A stretch of DNA of 44,041 nt, taken from a virus (Duplodnaviria; Caudoviricetes). Within the stretch, counting starts at the first letter, position 1. Every line of letters begins with the position of its first letter. Of this stretch, positions 19,454-25,860 are shown piece by piece. The stretch is from positions 1-44,041 of IMG/VR virus record IMGVR_UViG_3300020440_000001, one strand, 5' to 3'. The notes beneath the pieces were generated by a model. It ran no database searches and was not told where the DNA came from. It was given only the letters and a program-made list of their open reading frames with translations. Both the position numbers and the translations under genes were made by a program.

Positions 19454-21162
19454 CAGTCATCCTTTGCTTTACGCTTTCGCTCTTTGACTTCCTGCCGTCG
19501 CCATGCCAATGTGCCGGGTTTCGCTTCTTCAGCTACCTGTATCTTCGGATTGGCTGAGGTTGCGCAAAGTTTGCTGCACAGGGCGTCGGCAATCACCCTA
19601 TCACCGTGGTTATCGCGGGCACCAGACGGATCGACCGCTGATCGTGACCGCGCGTGCACCAAACCACCGGTTTGCGAAAACACGTACTCTCTACATTCTC
19701 GGATTGCGGGCTGGCTCAAGTTGACAAAAGCCCCATCATTTAGCATTCGACGGTATTGACCAAGCAAAGCAATTTTTTCTTCTTTGCTACTAAACCATCC
19801 GGGAATTGTGGAGTATTTTGCTGCGACAGACTTGTCATTCTTCCGGAAATAGTAGTTGCCGTACCCGGTTTCCCGCACTGCGTCCCCGAAAACCCGCCCC
19901 GGGCCGTTGGCCTCCCACACCAAGAACGCCCCCGTGTCGCTAAGGCCCTTGAAGTACCGGCACATAGCCACACATACACGTGCCAGTTGATCAGGACGGA
20001 GGTTTGCCGAGCAAAACTCTGCGACTTTCCGACCCTCAACAGTAGCGACAGAGATAACAGAGTTACTAGACCCCGTTCCGGTAGCCACATCAACCCCGGC
20101 AACATAGTAAGTTTTCTGCGACGGATGGTCCTCACCCCAAATCCTCAGATCGCCAGCTGTGCCAAGCTCCGTAAATCCAAGCGGATTGCAAAATTCATCG
20201 AAATCCAGCGTGCCGCGCTTGGTTGAGGGGGTGCAGTTCTTTTCAAGGGTGTCGATGAGCTCTGGCGGAAAGTACAAATAGTCCGAACCGCCAAAGTCAA
20301 GGTCCAATTCCTGTGCAATTTCTACCGGGTGGGTACGCCTGCGCTTTTCTCTTTCGTACCACGGGCTAGTCCACTCTCCATCTTCGTCTTTAGTCAGTCC
20401 AACGTTCTTGCGAGGGTCTTGCGACCAGTGAAAACTCAGGACTTGGGTGCGGCCAGAGTGCACAATGTCGTAAAAACTGTTGCCGCTGCCCTTGGGTGTG
20501 CTCACAAACCACCGACTGTTCGAGGCATCAGCAGTTGCAGCCAACACAGCCTCTGAATTATCAACAGATGCAAACTCGTCGAGCGCAATGCAGGTCTTGC
20601 GGTCGCCCCGTGCAACGTCGCCAGTCGTAGATTCGCCAGTTATGGCACTGCCATTGTCTTCGTTAGTCAGTCGCAGCTTGGTTCTGGTGAAGTTTGGCAT
20701 CATCCAGCCCGGCAAATACTTCAGAAAAAAGTCAATCTTGCTAAACAGAGACGCAGAGTTGCCCGGGGAGTCCACCAAGCCCTCTTTACGGCTAACCAAA
20801 AGCAGCGATTTCATTGGCTTGAAGTGCCAATACCAAGCAAAAACCGTGGTCGTGAGCCAAGACGCCCCCATATCACGGGACTTCACCATGGCTAAGTCGT
20901 AGCCGTTGTCAATGCTGGCGCACATTTCAAGAATCGCTTGTTCTTGAAAGGGGTACAGAATAAACGGCCTGATGGATGGCTCTAGCCGTGGGTCAAGCGT
21001 GTACCCAAACACGTTGATGTAGAACAAAATGTCACGGTTGCAGAGTGCCCACAGGTCTGCCTGCACCTCATAGTTCTCTGCGGCCATCTCAAAAATCTGC
21101 CGACGAAACCTAACGTTCTCCACAGGATGGGTTGGAACTTTGTTTCCCAAAAGGACTGTCAT
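19450..21162 (-). CDS. terL: Terminase large subunit
   Basis: Walker A KSRDMGAS, Walker B IALDEFA, motif III VSTPKG, RNase H-like AGVDVATG and HGDRVIADAL. Start ATG 21162 or GTG 21183. Confidence 0.93.
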   Translation of the reverse strand: MTVLLGNKVPTHPVENVRFRRQIFEMAAENYEVQADLWALCNRDILFYINVFGYTLDPRLEPSIRPFILYPFQEQAILEMCASIDNGYDLAMVKSRDMGASWLTTTVFAWYWHFKPMKSLLLVSRKEGLVDSPGNSASLFSKIDFFLKYLPGWMMPNFTRTKLRLTNEDNGSAITGESTTGDVARGDRKTCIALDEFASVDNSEAVLAATADASNSRWFVSTPKGSGNSFYDIVHSGRTQVLSFHWSQDPRKNVGLTKDEDGEWTSPWYEREKRRRTHPVEIAQELDLDFGGSDYLYFPPELIDTLEKNCTPSTKRGTLDFDEFCNPLGFTELGTAGDLRIWGEDHPSQKTYYVAGVDVATGTGSSNSVISVATVEGRKVAEFCSANLRPDQLARVCVAMCRYFKGLSDTGAFLVWEANGPGRVFGDAVRETGYGNYYFRKNDKSVAAKYSTIPGWFSSKEEKIALLGQYRRMLNDGAFVNLSQPAIRECREYVFSQTGGLVHARSRSAVDPSGARDNHGDRVIADALCSKLCATSANPKIQVAEEAKPGTLAWRRQEVKERKRKAKDDW

Positions 21163-21511
21163 CGCGTAGCCACCGGTAAGCACGATACAACACCGTTGGA
21201 TCGTCCATCAACTGCCCAAGGGCCGTATTTGTGCTGCGTGTCAACAAACCCCGGACCCGACCAGTCTTGTGGCAGTGATCTATGCAAGTGTCATTCCTCT
21301 CCAGCGGAATCCGCGTCACTGGATCTAGGCCTAACTGCATCTCGAACATCTCCGCGAAGTCCAGCGGCGTCACCCCGTAGACCGTCTCCATCTTCACGAT
21401 GCGTCTGCATGAGCGGCACTCCGTTCGGCGATGCTTCTTGTTCTTGTGAAAGTAAATCTCCGGCAGCGTCTGCTGGCAGATTCGGCACTTCTTCGTCTTC
21501 CCGTGGCGCAT
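21110..21511 (-). CDS. Endonuclease VII-family (HNH-like) nuclease, probably a homing endonuclease
   Basis: IDHCHKTGRVRGLL...N.ALG...DD...L.RA..W signature plus an N-terminal CxxC/CxxC finger. Overlaps both flanking genes. Confidence 0.8.
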   Translation of the reverse strand: MRHGKTKKCRICQQTLPEIYFHKNKKHRRTECRSCRRIVKMETVYGVTPLDFAEMFEMQLGLDPVTRIPLERNDTCIDHCHKTGRVRGLLTRSTNTALGQLMDDPTVLYRAYRWLRDDSPFGKQSSNPSCGER

Positions 21512-21968
21512 CTAGCATTTGCTCCAATCGGCTTAGGAGTTCAAGACTCCTCACCCCATCATCGGAGTAACGGGCCTCTGCATCCAACTGCGACTTGGTT
21601 GGCATCAACTTCGTCCACATCGTGGCGTAAAAGGCAGAGGCATTTGATGGCGATGACTGGGCCCACTTGAGTAGCCCCACGGCACCCCGCGATGGCACAA
21701 CCTCCGCCGGTATATCGGCAGGCTGACACGCCGCGTACTCAAACACGAACTGACAAGCCTCGCGTTCAGAGCACCCACCTGTAGGGGCAGCGAGAACAAG
21801 ACGGCGATATGGATCGCCGCCACCATCAATTTTTGTATCAACAATCAACAGCGCCTTAGTTTCGCACATAGCAGGAGCCTCGCCCTGCTTCTTCAAGTGC
21901 TCGCGGATTTGATTGAACTGTTCCCACTTGCCCTCCCGAATCAAGCGGTCTTTAGTTTCTCTTTGCAT
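21291..21968 (-). CDS. Putative terminase small subunit (225 aa)
   Basis: Upstream of TerL. Helical, with ..N...FY..MW.KLMP segment resembling TerS-type proteins. Confidence 0.5.
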   Translation of the reverse strand: MQRETKDRLIREGKWEQFNQIREHLKKQGEAPAMCETKALLIVDTKIDGGGDPYRRLVLAAPTGGCSEREACQFVFEYAACQPADIPAEVVPSRGAVGLLKWAQSSPSNASAFYATMWTKLMPTKSQLDAEARYSDDGVRSLELLSRLEQMLDAPREDEEVPNLPADAAGDLLSQEQEASPNGVPLMQTHREDGDGLRGDAAGLRGDVRDAVRPRSSDADSAGEE

Positions 21969-21971
21969 AAA

Positions 21972-22214
21972 TTAGGCTCGACGTCCAGCTGCTTTCTTTT
22001 TTTGCATCTTCCAGCTGATCCTACCCGGTCCTGTTTTCTTTTTCTTGGCACTGTTGCATTGCGCCATGGTTGGGCGACAGGCTGGGTAGCCCGCTCTCTT
22101 CTCTCCTTTTTGCCGTCCGCAAGGCTTGCCAGTCTTGCAGTCTACCCAGCCCTTGCCCTTGTTCTGACCAAACCACTGCTTAAGTCCACCGCCAGTGTTT
22201 GCCATCCTAGCCAT
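21972..22214 (-). CDS. Small basic Cys protein (GLKQWF...WVD..TGKPCGR...YP.CRP), DUF5872 C-terminal-like
   Basis: Recognisable motif. Start ATG 22214 or 22205. Confidence 0.7.
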   Translation of the reverse strand: MARMANTGGGLKQWFGQNKGKGWVDCKTGKPCGRQKGEKRAGYPACRPTMAQCNSAKKKKTGPGRISWKMQKKKAAGRRA

Positions 22215-23238
22215 TGCAATCCCCCCATTCTGACAACACCTTGATGATGGCGTCAAAGCCATTGTTTGTCATGGGGTGGTACTTGAATGCAGCAACATCG
22301 CCAAGCACCTGCAGCAAATCTTGGAACCCAACCATGCCGTCTTCGTTCAAGTCTGAGGGGCACGAGTTGTCAGGGTAGTAGTTCACCGAGTACAGCGACG
22401 GTTCGCAGGGATGACCGTTGCCGCAAGCAAAGCGGACAACGCCGCCAGACGAGAAGTAATCGGGACCAGTAAACCGAGCGATGTGGAACGAACCGGGCCA
22501 CTTCTCGCTTTCCCAGTCAACGTCAGCATTCCACCGGATCAGATCACCGTAGTCGTTCTGTGATGGGGATGAGCAGCACTGTTCACCCACAATGGTTTCC
22601 CGGTGAGGCCAGAACTTCAACACAGGGGAATCCATCAGATCCTTGTGTTGCTGCTGCACCAATGGGTACTTGTACTGTTGGCTAATGCCGTCGCCGTACT
22701 TCTTGCCAAGAGGTCCGTGCAGAATCCATGAGTCACACCATGCGTACTCAAGATCAACAAGGTCGCCCGTCCTTGGGCAGCATCCCTGTGGTCCGTCGAA
22801 GTACCAGTTGACTGGGGTGAAGTTTGCACCCAGATACATCCACCGTTGGTATGGGTTGGATTGGATGCAGTTCCAATACTCTCCCGCTCCGGGACAAGTA
22901 ATCCCAGTGTCTATTAACCAGTAATCAATGCACTCTTGGCAGTTCTCTAGCCACGGGTACAGGTGGTCAGGTCGGCTGTTCTTGAAGATGTCACCCTCAA
23001 TAGCCCAACCAAACGCTCGTGTTGGCGACTCGCTGCCACGGGTGCTACCGATCATGTATGGACGGCGAGGATCACCGTTAGGGTACGAGAACTCTGGATC
23101 AAATCCTGTCTGGATATAGACATCGAACGTCCGACCAAAAGGGGTCAGACGTCCGAGGTCATCAATCCACATGGCAACAGAATCAGGGTCACTTGGTGGA
23201 CCTGCCCCCAGCATGCTTAGGCAAAGCAGGGCAATCAT
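22207..23238 (-). CDS. Secreted Cys/Trp-rich protein with C-terminal GC-type dockerin-like domain (343 aa)
   Basis: Hydrophobic N-terminal signal. C-terminus CPSDLNEDGMVGFQDLLQVL...VLSEWGDC matches the EF-hand dockerin-type tag. Confidence 0.75.
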   Translation of the reverse strand: MIALLCLSMLGAGPPSDPDSVAMWIDDLGRLTPFGRTFDVYIQTGFDPEFSYPNGDPRRPYMIGSTRGSESPTRAFGWAIEGDIFKNSRPDHLYPWLENCQECIDYWLIDTGITCPGAGEYWNCIQSNPYQRWMYLGANFTPVNWYFDGPQGCCPRTGDLVDLEYAWCDSWILHGPLGKKYGDGISQQYKYPLVQQQHKDLMDSPVLKFWPHRETIVGEQCCSSPSQNDYGDLIRWNADVDWESEKWPGSFHIARFTGPDYFSSGGVVRFACGNGHPCEPSLYSVNYYPDNSCPSDLNEDGMVGFQDLLQVLGDVAAFKYHPMTNNGFDAIIKVLSEWGDCNG

Positions 23239-23393
23239 TTCTTCTTCTTGCCCTTCTTCCAGCCCCCACCCTTGCTCTTGTACAGCTTAGACGCATACCC
23301 GTTGGCGTAAGCAGAAGGGTACACCTTGTACTTACGCTTTGCTGCTGCCTTTGCCGCTGCCCAAAGCTTTGGGTTGGTTGGAACGTTTGCCAT
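23235..23393 (-). CDS. 52-aa basic protein MANVPTNPKLWAAAKAAAKRKYKVYPSAYANGYASKLYKSKGGGW..., DUF5872 N-terminal-like
   Basis: Translated by hand (below the ORF-track cutoff). TAATG and ATGA couplings at both ends. YPSAYA...YK..GG motif. Confidence 0.8.
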   Translation of the reverse strand: MANVPTNPKLWAAAKAAAKRKYKVYPSAYANGYASKLYKSKGGGWKKGKKKK

Positions 23394-23749
23394 TACTTGT
23401 TCTTTTTCTTGGCTTGGAGCTTTTTGACTTTAGCTCTAGCTTTCTCCCTTTTTTCGTACGTCCCATCTGCTTCGAGTTCTTTTCTTCGCAAACGTTCTGC
23501 GTTGTATGCACGGTTAGCTTCAAGTCGGGTCTGGCCGCGCACCTTACCTGATTTTGTCCGAACGCCACTACCTTCGGCCAAATCTCCCTCTCTTGACTTA
23601 CGGTCTCTTTTGTCAAATGGCAAGCTTACGCGCTTCCCTAAATTCTCATATGTAGTAGGGGCGTTGATTTTCTTGTCGGCCTTAGACGCCTTTTTCTTCA
23701 GGCGCTTGATTGCCTTTCCCATCTTTACGCTTTTCTTTCCCATTGCCAT
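23393..23749 (-). CDS. Lys/Arg-rich basic protein (118 aa)
   Basis: Stop coupled to the next start. Very basic; possibly DNA-condensing. Confidence 0.6.
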   Translation of the reverse strand: MAMGKKSVKMGKAIKRLKKKASKADKKINAPTTYENLGKRVSLPFDKRDRKSREGDLAEGSGVRTKSGKVRGQTRLEANRAYNAERLRRKELEADGTYEKREKARAKVKKLQAKKKNK

Positions 23750-24269
23750 GCTTTTTCTCGCTTTCTCTGCGTTGTTTTAAATCGCCAAGAGTTTCACTTG
23801 GTACGTTTTTGTAATAACCCTGACCCTCTAATAGTCGGGAGAAGTCGTTGAGCTTGCTTAGCCGCTGCACAAACACCATGGCATACGGCTTCTCGATTAC
23901 TCTTCCCCATCTTTCTGGGTCAGAAGCAGGATCTTCCGATTCCATTTTGCTGGGGACAAAAGGGATGAGAACGAGATCACGGTCCACCAGACGCGGGTTG
24001 ACCACATCACAGTACTGCTCCATGCCCGGCCAAGATGTGCTGGGATCGACCGCAACAATCCGCAAGTCGTAATCGTCCGACCAGCTCTGCGCAATCTTGT
24101 CCACCATGTCCGGTCCGCCAATCGTTACCGTTACCTTGGCGTTGACCCAAGCTTTCGCTGCGAACGGACAGGGCTTGCTGCCGCCGTAGTACTCGCTGGG
24201 CTGGTCGAGATAGCCGAAGATCCAGTTCTGAATCTCGCGCTCCACGTTGTTGATGTTGAACTCTGCCAT
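23682..24269 (-). CDS. DUF1415-like protein (CPFA motif), first gene of the late operon
   Basis: WI...L..P.......PCPFA.KAW and Y.MVFVQRLSKL..FS..L...GYY motifs. Likely start ATG 24269 (MAEFNINN). Confidence 0.65.
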   Translation of the reverse strand: MAEFNINNVEREIQNWIFGYLDQPSEYYGGSKPCPFAAKAWVNAKVTVTIGGPDMVDKIAQSWSDDYDLRIVAVDPSTSWPGMEQYCDVVNPRLVDRDLVLIPFVPSKMESEDPASDPERWGRVIEKPYAMVFVQRLSKLNDFSRLLEGQGYYKNVPSETLGDLKQRRESEKKHGNGKEKRKDGKGNQAPEEKGV

Positions 24270-24307
24270 ACACCTAACATAGCATCGGGTCTTAAAACTG
24301 GGTCTTA
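24270..24307 (-). promoter_or_regulatory. Candidate leftward (late) extended -10 promoter with upstream direct repeat
   Basis: On the minus strand, TGC-TATGTT (24284-24276) lies 6 nt before ATG 24269. TAAGACCC occurs twice upstream (24287-24294, 24300-24307). Confidence 0.35.
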
Positions 24308-24576
24308 CCCAACTTAACACCCCAAAATGCCTCGTATATTTTTGGGGGCTATGTATTACAAAAGCAGCCGGGGGGTCCGGTTCGGAGCGGGGGCGGCGGA
24401 TTCGTGTTTGGTCCCGTTCCTGCTCAGTCCCGGGGCCGCTGCAGGCCCTGCGGCAGGATTTGGGCGGGGCGTATCGGCACGGTTGCGCCCCCGTGCGCTG
24501 CAGTTACTGCAGCAGCAGCCCAACGCAGGAGCCGCAGCCGCGCCGGGGCATTCAAGAGACAGCAACAGGACCAAAT

Positions 24577-24632
24577 CCAACCCCGGCAGCAAGCCCAACC
24601 CCGGCAGCCGTCCCAACGCCAGCCCCAACCGC
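24577..24632. repeat. Imperfect 18-bp tandem repeats (CCAACCCCGGCAGC core) in the divergent intergenic region
   Basis: CCAAC starts at 24577, 24595, 24613 and 24625. The first two units share 14 identical bases. Confidence 0.55.
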
Positions 24633-24694
24633 TGCTGCAGTCTTATCGTCGGAAGATGCCAAAATGCGGCGGGGCGGGTGCAATATGCGGCAGC

Positions 24695-24755
24695 AAAATA
24701 TTTTGCAAAATTTCCTACATTGACTGTTGCAGGGGGGCGGATGTGTCGATACAGT
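24695..24755 (+). promoter_or_regulatory. sigma70-type early promoter with UP element
   Basis: TTGCAG (24727-24732), 17-nt spacer, TACAGT (24750-24755). A/T tract AAAATATTTTGCAAAATTT upstream in otherwise GC-rich DNA. Confidence 0.65.
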
Positions 24756-24761
24756 AGACGC

Positions 24762-24783
24762 GCCCCTTGGGGTTTCTTTGACA
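24762..24783 (+). promoter_or_regulatory. boxB/boxA-like antitermination element
   Basis: Short hairpin GCCCC-TT-GGGGT followed by TTTCTTTGACA, resembling rrn/nut boxA, right after the predicted transcription start. Confidence 0.4.
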
Positions 24784-25320
24784 TCTCGACCCATGACCGC
24801 GAGCAGTTGCGGGGGCGGCAGGCCACAAGCCGTCCTTCGGGGCACCCCCCGCTTCTGCAGACAATGTTGGGAACACCACCCCCGGACATTCACTGCAGAA
24901 TGGCCGGAAGTTGCAGCGGGCGGCACCCATAGCACAGTGCCACCGCCAACACGCATAAGTAGTCGAGACGCAACGGAGCCGCAGGCTCAAACGCCCGACC
25001 GATCCACCGCCACCCAACATTGGCAGGCATCCCGCGAGGATGCCGCAGCAGCCAATACGACCGGCGATACCCAAGGATTCGCGGGAAGCATTCAAGACCG
25101 AAGGCCGCAGGCATGCGAGCCTCATTCGGTCGAAACGACGAAACGCCCCCCGGGGCACGTGTTGGAATCCGCTACGGCAGGGGAAAGCGTTGGCCGTTGG
25201 AATACGGCACGGTGCACCGACTGTCGGATACGTCCGGGACAGTCGGAGCCGACACAAGAGACAACGCTGCAGGCGGGACGGAGTTAGCCGACTCTCCCAA
25301 AAAGCCTTAATTCGGATACC
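24762..25320 (+). ncRNA. Putative large structured non-coding RNA (~560 nt), class not recognised
   Basis: More than 15 nested helices, including perfect 10-, 9- and 7-bp stems and UUCG/UACG tetraloops. Overlapping ORFs have no RBS or protein-like character. Lies directly downstream of a promoter. Confidence 0.65.
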
Positions 25321-25344
25321 GGATCATTCAACCAACCAACCGAC

Positions 25345-25411
25345 GCCGCCGCCCCTTACCGGGGGCGGTTGGCTTTCCCCCTGCAATGCCGCAGGGGCAT
25401 CCAAAGGAGGG
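25345..25411 (+). promoter_or_regulatory. Two-hairpin leader motif, copy 1, plus RBS
   Basis: GCC-GCCGCCCC-T-TACC-G-GGGGCGGT-T-GGC, then TTTC, then hairpin CCCCTGC/GCAGGGG and CAAAGGAGGG. Confidence 0.6.
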
Positions 25412-25417
25412 TTTAAC

Positions 25418-25714
25418 ATGACCCGAAAAGATTTCCAATTGATTGCCGATGCATTGGCATGGGCTACCCCAGTCATCGACATTTCCGAGCCGGTCGATGC
25501 CCGGACAACGGGGATGATTGCAACGTGGGTGGCATCCGTTAATGAAATGGCGTCGCACCTGCGAAACGACAATCCGCGATTCGACATGGACCGATTCTTC
25601 AAAGCGTGCACGATAAACACGTCTTGGTGCAATCGCTTCGCTATCAGCCTGCCGATGACCAATTCGTATGGAAGAATCGACTGGCTGCCCGCACATGAGC
25701 CGGTGCAAGCCTAA
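25418..25714 (+). CDS. Early phage protein of the MTRKDF..IA...NPRFD..RF..AC family (98 aa)
   Basis: Strong AAGGAGG RBS before ATG 25418. Recurrent phage motif. Confidence 0.8.
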   Translation: MTRKDFQLIADALAWATPVIDISEPVDARTTGMIATWVASVNEMASHLRNDNPRFDMDRFFKACTINTSWCNRFAISLPMTNSYGRIDWLPAHEPVQA

Positions 25715-25721
25715 CCACCCA

Positions 25722-25856
25722 CCCGCAGCCCCTACCGGGGCTGTTGGGCTTTCACTGACACCCGTTGTCAGTTTGCAGCAGCAGCCGCTTGCACCGTGCA
25801 GGCAATGCTGCTAAGATTCGCAAGCCGGGCTAGTCCGGCAGTATTTCAAAGGAGGG
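25722..25856 (+). promoter_or_regulatory. Two-hairpin leader motif, copy 2, plus further hairpins and RBS
   Basis: CCC-GCAGCCCC-TACC-GGGGCTGT-T-GGG, then CTTTC, then ACTGACA/TGTCAGT. Further stems (e.g. GCCGG/CCGGC 25824-25839) and CAAAGGAGGG. Confidence 0.6.
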
Positions 25857-25860
25857 CAAC

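Noticed and set aside
24577-24632. Mini-CRISPR array
   Set aside because: Units are ~18 bp, degenerate and lack unique spacers. No cas genes.
24762-25320. tmRNA, RNase P, tRNA or group I/II intron identity for the structured region
   Set aside because: No tRNA-like T-arm/CCA end, no GAGGAAAGUCC, no group II domain V and no interrupted host gene seen.
24327-25417. Overlapping ORFs on both strands (24327..24932, 24727..25287, 24715..25257, 5' extension of 25040..25714)
   Set aside because: No RBS and low-complexity GC-driven translations. The region is better explained by a promoter, repeats and structured RNA.
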